A stretch of DNA of 58,827 bases from a virus (Duplodnaviria; Caudoviricetes): positions 1 to 58,827 of the IMG/VR virus record IMGVR_UViG_3300021500_000001; one strand, written 5' to 3'. Below, one piece after another: positions 36,451 to 45,727 of this stretch. The notes under the pieces are model-generated. The model was not told the origin of the DNA, searched no databases, and saw only the letters and a list, made by a program, of their open reading frames with translations. Position 1 is the stretch's first letter. Every line of letters starts with the position of its first letter. The position numbers and the translations under genes were made by a program.

Positions 36451-38394
36451 ATGAGCACATGGGTGCCAGTACCGGAATGGGCAGAGGGCAGGGTTGGGGA
36501 TATTTCTATCCCGGGGAAAGTAGAAGATCGTTTCGATAAATGCCAAAGATTTGCAGAAGATCAGCTTGATACAGCACATGGTTTTATGCAAAATATGGAA
36601 AGCTATCTCAGGGAACTTGAAGAAGATGGAACCGATTTTGATGTTGAAAGATACCATCCTTATCCTCCCAACATAGAACCTATTGATTATAATGAAAGAC
36701 CTGTTCCTGAAGACTATCCATTAGAAGATATACCGGAGAACAGTATTGCACAGCCGGTATGGAGAGAAATTGAACATATAGAAGAGCCTGATTTTGACAA
36801 TTTTACTGAAACCGCTCCAGATACAAAAATAGAGTGGCCTGAACATGATGTTATTGCAAAGCCAACCGGTCCGGCAGCATTAGAATCTATCGAATATCCT
36901 GCTAAGCCGGATAACGAATTGCCGGCGGAACCTAATATTCCGGACATTACTTTTCCGACAGCCCCCGTTATTACAGTATCGGAATTTGAGGGAGAAGTGC
37001 CTACTGAAATATGGGATATGCCGGAAAATTTCTCATATACCGAAGCAGATTATGGTTCTGATATATGGGCTGATTTGCTTGCCAAGGTATTAAATGATAT
37101 CCGCAATGGCGGAACCGGTCTTGGTGCTACAATCGAAGAAGAACTTTATGATAGAGCTTTAGCACGACAAGAAACCGAGAACGAGCGTTTATACCAAGAA
37201 GTAGAAAATTATTTTGAGGCGAGAGGTTTCACCCTTCCTGTTGGCGCAATGGCCGGTCGCCTGGCTGAAGTTGCGAGAGAAGTGTCGAGGAACAATACCG
37301 AGATTAACTCAAAAATAATGATCGACCAGGCCCAGCTTGCCCAGGCCAATACACATTTTATAATTGAGCAAGGGATTCGGCTCGAAGGAATGCTTAGAGA
37401 TTTTTTCAATGCCCAGGCAAACAGAGCATTTGAAGCATCCAGAACTATTGCTCAAATAGGTATTGAACTATTTAATGCCAATGTAAATAAATTCAATGCA
37501 AAGGTCGGGGCATATCAGGCACAGGCTGCGGTTTATGAATCTAAGATCAAGGCTGCCCTGACACAGGCCGAAATATATAAAGCACAGATTAGCGCATGTG
37601 AAGTAAAATCCAAAGTAAACAAGAATACCATAGATATGTATAATGGAAAAGTTGAGGCGTTCAATATTATTGCCAAACTATATACTGCAGAAATGGAGGC
37701 AGTAAAAACTAAGGCTGAAGTGGAAAATTTAAAACTCGAAAGGTTTAACTTAGATATCCAGAATTATATTGCTCAGATTAATGCAGACAAAGCTATCTTT
37801 GATGCTACTGCTGCTGAGATGAATGGAAAACAAATAGAGATGCAGGTATATTCTGAAAAAGTAAAGGCATATTCCCAAAAAATAGAAGCTCAGAAAGTCA
37901 AACATGCTGCTCTTATTCAAAATGCAGAATTGAGCTTAAAAGCAAATCAATGGGATATAGAAGAGTATAAAGCCGAACTTGCGGGCTACGAAATGGAATT
38001 GAAGGGAACCTCAGAACGAAATAGCAAAATTTTGAATAAGCTTGAACAAGATACAGCAAAATATATCGCTGAGTTGGATTCTCAAAAAATGTATTTAGAC
38101 AAACAATCAAGACAGTGGGCGCTCGAAGTCGATAATGCACATTATCAACTAGATAGAGCGATAGCGCAGGTTAACGCATCGATTGAAGGATTCAAGGCTC
38201 TTAAATCGCTTCAGGGTGCAGGTGTTGAAGGGCTTATGAATGTAGGTGCCCAGCTAGCCGCAGCATCCATGAATGCTATTAATGCCAACGCTTCAATGGG
38301 GACTACGCAAACAGGCCAGGAAAGCGAGAGTTGGAATCATCACGAATCTATGACTGAAAGTCATCCATACGAAGAGCAAGCGCCACCTAGCTAA
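36451..38394 (+). CDS. Coiled-coil internal virion / ejection protein
   Basis: Pro/Glu-rich N-terminus, ARGFTLP.G motif, long Ala/Gln heptad repeats. Confidence 0.65.
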   Translation: MSTWVPVPEWAEGRVGDISIPGKVEDRFDKCQRFAEDQLDTAHGFMQNMESYLRELEEDGTDFDVERYHPYPPNIEPIDYNERPVPEDYPLEDIPENSIAQPVWREIEHIEEPDFDNFTETAPDTKIEWPEHDVIAKPTGPAALESIEYPAKPDNELPAEPNIPDITFPTAPVITVSEFEGEVPTEIWDMPENFSYTEADYGSDIWADLLAKVLNDIRNGGTGLGATIEEELYDRALARQETENERLYQEVENYFEARGFTLPVGAMAGRLAEVAREVSRNNTEINSKIMIDQAQLAQANTHFIIEQGIRLEGMLRDFFNAQANRAFEASRTIAQIGIELFNANVNKFNAKVGAYQAQAAVYESKIKAALTQAEIYKAQISACEVKSKVNKNTIDMYNGKVEAFNIIAKLYTAEMEAVKTKAEVENLKLERFNLDIQNYIAQINADKAIFDATAAEMNGKQIEMQVYSEKVKAYSQKIEAQKVKHAALIQNAELSLKANQWDIEEYKAELAGYEMELKGTSERNSKILNKLEQDTAKYIAELDSQKMYLDKQSRQWALEVDNAHYQLDRAIAQVNASIEGFKALKSLQGAGVEGLMNVGAQLAAASMNAINANASMGTTQTGQESESWNHHESMTESHPYEEQAPPS

Positions 38395-38408
38395 TAGGAG
38401 AAAATATC

Positions 38409-39161
38409 ATGACATTAACAGAAAAACGAAAAAGACTGGATTCACGAGTACCATTTTATACAAATATACCGGGTGCCAAACCTCTTCCCTCTGGCTCACG
38501 TACTGCAAGGTTTTCTAATGTAGGTACATTTAATGCGCCTGCACAGTCAGGGAATAATATAGGACGGACAAACACATATACCCCTTTACCGTTGCCTGAA
38601 GCTGCCAGGAGAGGGAGGCTTACAGGCTTGACGGGAGAGCAATACAACGCTTTACGGGGAAGTGCAGAGACCAAGAGAAGAAGAGCTGCTGAAGAGGCAA
38701 GATTAACTAATATCGGACAACTAGCTCGCCAAAGATTGATAGGCGAGCAGCAAAGGGAAGCTGCCACAGCCAAGGCAATCAGAGAGGCAAATGCCGCAAG
38801 CATGGAATACGGTCGTAAATTAACTCTCGGTGAACTAAAGCATTCTCGTGACATAGAACTAGCTAAAACCAGAAATGAAGATAAGTTTGAGTCTTTATTC
38901 TCTGAACCAGGCAAAACGGCCAGTGGGGAGATTGGAGAAAATCAAAAAGATTATACTTTTGCACAATTTGCGGAAGCATCTCCAGAAAAACAAAGAAAAT
39001 ATATGGCATATATGAAAAAGTTTGACCCTGAAAGATATCTTGATTTTGCCAGACAATATAAATTGCTCTATGCCCCGGAAAAGAAAACCCCTTCCACTGT
39101 TCAAGATAACATGAGTCGACCAATATATCAGTCAGATAGTAGCATTTACAGGAATTATTAA
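38409..39161 (+). CDS. Putative internal virion protein
   Basis: Helical protein positioned among ejection genes. Confidence 0.55.
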   Translation: MTLTEKRKRLDSRVPFYTNIPGAKPLPSGSRTARFSNVGTFNAPAQSGNNIGRTNTYTPLPLPEAARRGRLTGLTGEQYNALRGSAETKRRRAAEEARLTNIGQLARQRLIGEQQREAATAKAIREANAASMEYGRKLTLGELKHSRDIELAKTRNEDKFESLFSEPGKTASGEIGENQKDYTFAQFAEASPEKQRKYMAYMKKFDPERYLDFARQYKLLYAPEKKTPSTVQDNMSRPIYQSDSSIYRNY

Positions 39162-39189
39162 GTATAATAGTCAATGCTGAGGAGAAAAT

Positions 39190-42100
39190 ATGTCTATAAA
39201 TGATATAATGAGGGAATTTGATAAAGGCGTAGCTGATATTGAGAGGGAAAAAGCTCTCAAAAAGCAGAGGTCCTTTGTATCCCCCGGCATTGTATCTGAA
39301 GAAAAAGCTCCAGAAATGCCTTCCCGTGATTGGTTAATGGACGAGTTTGATGCCGGGGTGAAAGAGATAGAGCAAAGCAGGGCAAAAGAAAAACCTTCTA
39401 TCGCTCCAGTAGAGTACGGGAAGGGTTTTGTTTCCGGTGTACGTCACAGATTGCCCGAAATGGTTGGTCAAGCAGGGCAGGCAGTAGGCATAGAAAAAGC
39501 TAAAAAATTAACTGAATGGGCACGCAAAGGAGAGAAGCCCAAAGAACATGGAGCTTTTTATCAAGCGGGTGAAATGACTCCTGCGTCTGTGGCTCTTCCA
39601 TTAACTCTCGGGACAGCAGCTAAGGGTGTTGCAATGCTGCCCGTTCCCGGTGCTCGTCCGGTAGCAGCCGGATTACAAGTAGCAGCATGGACTATCCCCG
39701 CCATTATGTTTGGCTTGTCTCAATTCCAATCTACAAAAGAAGAGGCTCAAAAAAGAGGAATTGACCCCGGTGCGGCTCCTTATATTACTGGTGGTATTGA
39801 GACGGCAGGAGAAACAGCAGGGAACTATGCTCTTACGAAATTACTCGGTCCTCTTGCTCCGGGTATTCCGGTTGCAAAGGCTGGGGTGAAAACACTTTTA
39901 AAATCGTCCCTTTTCCGGGCAGGTAAAACTTTAGCACTTAAAACTGTACCGACTGAAGTTTTGACCGAGATGGGCCAAAATTGGGGAGAAACTTTAACAG
40001 AGAAAGCTTACAAAGTTAGACCAGAGGCTAAACCTGTTGAAGAAGCAATGTCAGCTATCTGGCCTACGGTGATAATGACTCTGGTTGGCGGAGGTGCAGC
40101 TACAGGGATACAGCGATATCAATCAAAAGTTGTTCTAGATACGCTTCAAGACCCAAACGCAGATATAAGAAAAAGGCAGAATGCCGCTGATACAATAACC
40201 GGAATTATTCTCAGCCAGGAAGAGGCTGAGAATAAACCAATGGCTAAAATTTTCCATGATTATGCTGTTGATCGAATTGCAAAAAAAATGCCTATCAATA
40301 TTGAAAAACCGGTGGGCGAAATAAAAGAAGAAATTTTAAATGACATAGTATTGGGATATGAAAAAGGTGAGCAGGACATCGATCAAACTCAAAATTTAAT
40401 TATAGAAGGATATAGAAATCAACTCTTCGACGATAAAGACTTAGAGAAATTATCAAAAAAATCTCCTGATCTGAAAGATAAAATAGAGACTATCCGTGCC
40501 GCTGCCCGGGCTGGAATAGTTAAAGATACTTTAAGTGAAGCTATTCACCATGGACTTGCAACCGGTGAATTCAACGGTGAAGAATTTACGCTCGACAATG
40601 CCATGGGTTTTATTCGCAGTGGTTTAAAAAATAATATTTTTACAGATGAAGATGTTGATGAGTTTAAAGAAAAATATCCAGACCTTAAACATGAACTGAA
40701 TAATCTGATTGCTGAAAAAGTTGTTTCTGATATAGATTCGGAAGTTACCAGGTTTAAACCTGAACCTGTCGTTAAGACCGAAAAACCTGCGGACGAATAT
40801 GCTATAAAGGATATTGAAGACACTTATCTCAAGGCCAAGGAACGTGTAAGGACTGAGCCGGTATCCCTTCAGGAGCTACAAGAAAGATTTAAGGAGCGCC
40901 AAGGGCGTGAGGCCACAGAGAAAGAACAAAATGAACTGAACCGTATTTATGAAAAGGCTAAACGCAGATCACAACAGAAAAAAACATTTGAAGAAAAAAG
41001 AAAGACAGAAGAAGCTCCGCCGAAGACAAAGGAAGAATTAGAGCTTGAAGCTTATGAGCCTGAATTACCACTGGGAGTAACTAAAGTAAAGGCTGAGCAG
41101 AAAGCAAAACCGAAAGCGCCGGTGGTAAAACCGGGAGCAAAAGAACCCTGGGAAATGACAAAAAAAGAATACGAGTCTTCCCCGTATGCTAAAAACAAAA
41201 GTTATGATGTCGCTGTTGAAACATGGAAGGACGAGGGTAGAAAAATTACCCCGGCATATGGGAAGGAACCGTGGGATATGTCTCTCCCCGAATTTACGAA
41301 AGCCCTGAACGACGGGCTTGTTCCTCCTTTGGGGAAAATGAGCGGATCTGAAATTATAAAAGATTACGATAGATATGGCAGGAATAAAACCCAACATCGG
41401 TGGGCTATAAAATATGCTCTCAAAGAAGGCAAATTAACCCCGGAGAAATACGCCGAATTTCACGAAAAAGAGTATGGGCCTCTTGATGAATTTATGCCGG
41501 GAATAGCTGATAAGCAACCTAAGATCGAACCAAAAGAACCCAAAAGCGGCCCCAAAGCATTTTCGATATTAGGGGAGGAAATTTCTACCCATAAAAATAA
41601 TATTAGAAATTGGTTCAAAGAACCTGCTAATTGGGAAAATAAAAAAAGGCTAACTTACAAAGAGGTTGCTGAAAAAATAGCGGGTGATAAAGATGTTACA
41701 TTAAAGAAAGAGGAAATTCCGATAGATACATCAAAGCCATTAGGCAAAACTAAAGAAAAATATGTGGCTTATTATGATGGTAAAAGATTAAGAGAATTTC
41801 CGAAAGAGGTATACGATTATGTGCAAGAAATAGTTGAGAAGCCTAAAGAACCCCGGGGAATGACTACAGATGAAGCTATAGCTAAAGAGAAAAATAGAGC
41901 AATTGAAGCGGAAGCAAAGTTAATCCCCGAATTTAAAAACACTGAAGAGGCTCTGGCTTTTGGAAAAACTGCAACACCTGAACAAATCAAAGCTCTAAAA
42001 ATTAAAAGGGATGAAAGTTCAGTAAAGATAAATGCTTTAAAATCCAGGGGCGACATACAAGGCGCCATGGATGAGGCAGTAAGAGGGCAATTTTTCAGAG

Positions 42101-42345
42101 AAGCAATTGAATCTGCTAAGCTAAAAGCAGAGCCAAAAGCAAAGACTGAGGTAAAATCGAAGGCCAAAGACCCAGTATCTTTCCTTCTTTCTTCCAAGAA
42201 GAAAGCGGGCGTGAAATATGAAATGAAAGTAAAGGTTGCTGAGACAAATGAGATTATTACTGTGACTAAAGATGCAGGAGTAGCACTGAGAGAGACAAAG
42301 GAAGAGCTTGATAAAATGAACAAATTCCTGGAATGTCTGACATGA
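39190..42345 (+). CDS. Large ejection / polyvalent-type protein, part 1
   Basis: Gly/Ala hydrophobic helices with TEVLTEMGQ motif, then charged modules separated by KEPW(E/D)M linkers. Confidence 0.7.
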   Translation: MSINDIMREFDKGVADIEREKALKKQRSFVSPGIVSEEKAPEMPSRDWLMDEFDAGVKEIEQSRAKEKPSIAPVEYGKGFVSGVRHRLPEMVGQAGQAVGIEKAKKLTEWARKGEKPKEHGAFYQAGEMTPASVALPLTLGTAAKGVAMLPVPGARPVAAGLQVAAWTIPAIMFGLSQFQSTKEEAQKRGIDPGAAPYITGGIETAGETAGNYALTKLLGPLAPGIPVAKAGVKTLLKSSLFRAGKTLALKTVPTEVLTEMGQNWGETLTEKAYKVRPEAKPVEEAMSAIWPTVIMTLVGGGAATGIQRYQSKVVLDTLQDPNADIRKRQNAADTITGIILSQEEAENKPMAKIFHDYAVDRIAKKMPINIEKPVGEIKEEILNDIVLGYEKGEQDIDQTQNLIIEGYRNQLFDDKDLEKLSKKSPDLKDKIETIRAAARAGIVKDTLSEAIHHGLATGEFNGEEFTLDNAMGFIRSGLKNNIFTDEDVDEFKEKYPDLKHELNNLIAEKVVSDIDSEVTRFKPEPVVKTEKPADEYAIKDIEDTYLKAKERVRTEPVSLQELQERFKERQGREATEKEQNELNRIYEKAKRRSQQKKTFEEKRKTEEAPPKTKEELELEAYEPELPLGVTKVKAEQKAKPKAPVVKPGAKEPWEMTKKEYESSPYAKNKSYDVAVETWKDEGRKITPAYGKEPWDMSLPEFTKALNDGLVPPLGKMSGSEIIKDYDRYGRNKTQHRWAIKYALKEGKLTPEKYAEFHEKEYGPLDEFMPGIADKQPKIEPKEPKSGPKAFSILGEEISTHKNNIRNWFKEPANWENKKRLTYKEVAEKIAGDKDVTLKKEEIPIDTSKPLGKTKEKYVAYYDGKRLREFPKEVYDYVQEIVEKPKEPRGMTTDEAIAKEKNRAIEAEAKLIPEFKNTEEALAFGKTATPEQIKALKIKRDESSVKINALKSRGDIQGAMDEAVRGQFFREAIESAKLKAEPKAKTEVKSKAKDPVSFLLSSKKKAGVKYEMKVKVAETNEIITVTKDAGVALRETKEELDKMNKFLECLT

Positions 42346-42680
42346 AAACGATATCGAAAAAAGACCTGGATAAATTAAGAGGCAAAGGCTGGGAGTTAAC
42401 ACCTGATAGTAAAAAGGCCATACGAGACCAGAACAGGGCCGCTATGCGATCTAAACAGGTCGAGGCTATAACAAGGCTCTCTGAAAGTGTGGACGGCATA
42501 AAGGATGCTTTGCGGGCGGATACCGGGAAAGATTATACACTTATCATTAATAAACTCATAAAGTCGATTAGTGATATAAAAATAGAGCCTGCACCTGCAC
42601 CGGAGCAGAAGGACTACAGATTTATTGTAAAACGAGGCCAGGACGGTCTCATAACAGAGATCGAGGCCCATACAAAATGA
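42342..42680 (+). CDS. Hypothetical virion-associated protein
   Basis: ATGA overlap; F.VKR..DGLI..I C-terminus. Confidence 0.65.
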   Translation: MKTISKKDLDKLRGKGWELTPDSKKAIRDQNRAAMRSKQVEAITRLSESVDGIKDALRADTGKDYTLIINKLIKSISDIKIEPAPAPEQKDYRFIVKRGQDGLITEIEAHTK

Positions 42681-44659
42681 CAGCAGTCAGAGTAATAGAT
42701 AGCCATTTGGAGCTTGCGGATATAGGCTTAAATACTCATGATCAGATAGATACTGAGCTGTCATCATTGAGGCATATATCAAGTTCAGCGGATTCTCCCA
42801 TGATAGTAACAGGTGGTGAAGTAACCGAGGGAACTAACGCCGGAACTTTTAAGGTAGCGGAGCTTACAGCCTTATTAAGGTCCACTGACAGCGCAATTGG
42901 AAATCTTGTATCTGTATCTCTTGCTGAGCATGATAACCAGTCCATACCGGTAGCGGATACAATATATATAATAAGCCTGAATTATAATGGTGGGTCTCCC
43001 ACTATAAGCCTGAGCGTATCGAATCCTTATAGCCTTGATAAAAGAAATATTCCTATTGGAAGAGTAATGAAGGATGCCGCAGGCACTGTACACTATATAA
43101 GTGGCGGATACAGATTTCAGGACGGAGTGGAAAAATTACATGACAGGGCAAGAACTACAAGAAAGATTGAGCTTGAAAGCGGCTCTACGATTGCTTATTC
43201 AGGCACAAATAATTTTACAATGACGGAAGGTGTGGCATATGGTGGGATTAACAAGTTCTTACTTACTTCGTACAATTCTGCCACCACCACATTCACTCCT
43301 GTTTATCAAGATGGGGGTGGTGGTTGGACCGAGGGAGCTGCTTCTAATGCAATAGATCACACTCACTATGACGATGGTAGTGGGGTTTTGGCAACTATAG
43401 GGAATAATAAATATGGGTGTTTCTGGGTTTACAAACATATAGGGGATGGACACGTCTATGTTCTCTATGGAAGAGATTCTTATACCCGGGCAAAGGCAGA
43501 GGCGGAAGGTGAACCAACCAGACCTGATCATCTCATACACTTTGGCCTTCTCGTTGGTAAAATAATAGCTCCAAAAGCAGGTGGCAGTTTTACCGAAGTA
43601 CAAATGGTAACTGATATTTTCTTTACTGGTGTAGCGGTAGCTGATCATAACAACCTTGGTGGATTGCAGGGTGGAACGCTTGGCGAATATTATCATCTTA
43701 CATCCGCAGAATTAACTAAATTAGGAGGGATAGCAGAGGGAGCCGAGGTCAATGTTCAATCTGATTGGGATGCTGTTGACGGGGACGCACTTATTCTAAA
43801 CAAGCCATCAGATATAACAGATTTATCAGGGCATAATGTAACTGAACTCTCCGATGTTACCGGAGCAGGTAGCGGGATAATAATATCTGCCGCTGAACGG
43901 ACAAAGCTTAATGGAATTGAAGAGGGTGCCACTGCCGATCAGACGAAAGCTGATATCGACAGTCTGGGTTTATCGCACGATAACTTGGTAGATGTCTCAG
44001 CCGACGATCATCATGCAGAATTGCATAGCATAGCAAGCCATAATGATACCTCGGCTACCGGAGCCCAGCTTAATACTCTAACAAATAACTCTATTGCCGA
44101 TACTTTGCATAGGCATTCCGAGCTTGTGGCGAGTGACGGCAGTCCTGATCCTGTTTTGAGTATTAATGCCTCTGGACAGGGTGAAATAATTGGAAGTACT
44201 TATCCTGTCTTTAGAAATACAAGAACTACCTCTGGTTTATCTTCAGCTGGGGCTTGCTTTGATAATCTTCTTAAAACATCAGGGGATATGGCTGATGGTT
44301 TTGGACCAGGCATCACACTCTCCATACAGGATGATACAGCCGGACCTTATTACATAGCTGGAATCTATGCAAGAAGAAAAGGAGCGGATGACCAAGGAGA
44401 TTTGTTGTTTTACACTAATGGCGTAAGTTGGGGTACTAAAATGATCTTAACTTATGATGGTAAACTCGCTGTTGGGACGACTTCACCTGTTACGTCTGCA
44501 AAATTACAGCTTGATTCCACAACAGGAGCTTTACTCCTGACAAGAATGACAACAACACAAAGAGATGCTTTAACTGCTGTCAACGGAATGATACTGTATA
44601 ACTCAACTTTAAATAAATTTCAAGGTTATGAAAATGGGTCATGGACTAATTTAATATAA
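42677..44659 (+). CDS. Tail fibre protein
   Basis: H..L..IG.NTH.QID, HNNL.GLQGG...EYYHLT, KL.GI.EGA repeats, C-terminal RMTTTQRDAL..NGM..YN. Confidence 0.8.
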   Translation: MTAVRVIDSHLELADIGLNTHDQIDTELSSLRHISSSADSPMIVTGGEVTEGTNAGTFKVAELTALLRSTDSAIGNLVSVSLAEHDNQSIPVADTIYIISLNYNGGSPTISLSVSNPYSLDKRNIPIGRVMKDAAGTVHYISGGYRFQDGVEKLHDRARTTRKIELESGSTIAYSGTNNFTMTEGVAYGGINKFLLTSYNSATTTFTPVYQDGGGGWTEGAASNAIDHTHYDDGSGVLATIGNNKYGCFWVYKHIGDGHVYVLYGRDSYTRAKAEAEGEPTRPDHLIHFGLLVGKIIAPKAGGSFTEVQMVTDIFFTGVAVADHNNLGGLQGGTLGEYYHLTSAELTKLGGIAEGAEVNVQSDWDAVDGDALILNKPSDITDLSGHNVTELSDVTGAGSGIIISAAERTKLNGIEEGATADQTKADIDSLGLSHDNLVDVSADDHHAELHSIASHNDTSATGAQLNTLTNNSIADTLHRHSELVASDGSPDPVLSINASGQGEIIGSTYPVFRNTRTTSGLSSAGACFDNLLKTSGDMADGFGPGITLSIQDDTAGPYYIAGIYARRKGADDQGDLLFYTNGVSWGTKMILTYDGKLAVGTTSPVTSAKLQLDSTTGALLLTRMTTTQRDALTAVNGMILYNSTLNKFQGYENGSWTNLI

Positions 44660-44668
44660 GAGGATATT

Positions 44669-44839
44669 ATGGCAAAGGATATAAAAGAGATAGACGAAGA
44701 ATATATTGCTGTTGTTGAGACAAGTGTGAATGAGTGTTTAATTGCAAAAGCAACACTTGAAGCACAAAAGGCTGCTTTATTGCAACAGATAGAAGAAATT
44801 GATGAAATGCTTACTCATTTTAAATCTAAGGAGAAATGA
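44669..44839 (+). CDS. Small coiled-coil protein (56 aa), possible fibre chaperone
   Basis: Translated by hand; GAGG RBS. Confidence 0.55.
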   Translation: MAKDIKEIDEEYIAVVETSVNECLIAKATLEAQKAALLQQIEEIDEMLTHFKSKEK

Positions 44840-45069
44840 TGACTAAAGAGGAAAGGATTCAGCAATTAGAGCAGGAAATTATACAGTTCGATTATCAAAG
44901 AATGAAGAAGATAGAACTTGCCCAGGAAACCCAGGCTACGCTTCAGAAAGAACTTGAAGATATTAATAGCGGAATACTCACTCGTCGGGGTGAAATTATC
45001 TGTTTGCGAAGATTAATAGCCGAGGAAAAGAAGGCAGAGGAAAAAATAGATGAGTCTGACGATTCCTAA
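44836..45069 (+). CDS. Small coiled-coil protein
   Basis: ATGA overlap with the upstream gene. Confidence 0.6.
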   Translation: MMTKEERIQQLEQEIIQFDYQRMKKIELAQETQATLQKELEDINSGILTRRGEIICLRRLIAEEKKAEEKIDESDDS

Positions 45070-45490
45070 AACATGCAGTATGGGTAGTTCTCAGACCGGG
45101 CTGGTCGGGACTATAGGTGTTACTCTACTTAATTCCAATGGCACTGTCCATACCGCCAGGACAACAGATGGTATATTCGAGATCGGAGGTGGCTGTTATG
45201 GCAAAAATATCACCTTCCCCGATGATTTTAAAGGTTCGATAAAATGGGATACTGGCGGCGGTACTCCTTTTTATGCTGTTGAAGATTATTTTGTTGATGG
45301 TAAAGTAAACAGTATATACGATATTTGTGATACCGAGATTGGTGAATATTTGCATGATCTGTGGTTAATTCAAGGTTTAGATACAGAAAATCCTATGACA
45401 GTAACACCATCATCGAGAGTGGCCGGGACCATACGGCAGACTATTTCAGGAGACGGGGAGACGACTTCGACCATCACAAGGACTGCTTAA
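45050..45490 (+). CDS. Virion structural protein
   Basis: QGLD..NPMTVTP.SR.AG.I.Q.I pattern. Confidence 0.6.
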   Translation: MSLTIPKTCSMGSSQTGLVGTIGVTLLNSNGTVHTARTTDGIFEIGGGCYGKNITFPDDFKGSIKWDTGGGTPFYAVEDYFVDGKVNSIYDICDTEIGEYLHDLWLIQGLDTENPMTVTPSSRVAGTIRQTISGDGETTSTITRTA

Positions 45491-45493
45491 TGT

Positions 45494-45727
45494 ATGTTGT
45501 TCTCTATAACAATAGCAACGCAAGGATATATCGAGAGGGGAGAATGTCCTGCTCTCTGTATAGCTACCGATGGATTGCTTTATTGTCCGCCGATCCAAAA
45601 GGCCATACTTGATGTAGGCGGCGGGGTAATGGGCAAGGTACAGGAAGACTTGTACCGCTGGCGCAAAAGGGACGATAAGGAAATTATTGAAATTATTATG
45701 GGCATAGTTTTATCCGGGGGATTATAG
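45494..45727 (+). CDS. Hypothetical protein
   Basis: IAT.G repeats and RDDKEIIEII. Confidence 0.6.
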   Translation: MLFSITIATQGYIERGECPALCIATDGLLYCPPIQKAILDVGGGVMGKVQEDLYRWRKRDDKEIIEIIMGIVLSGGL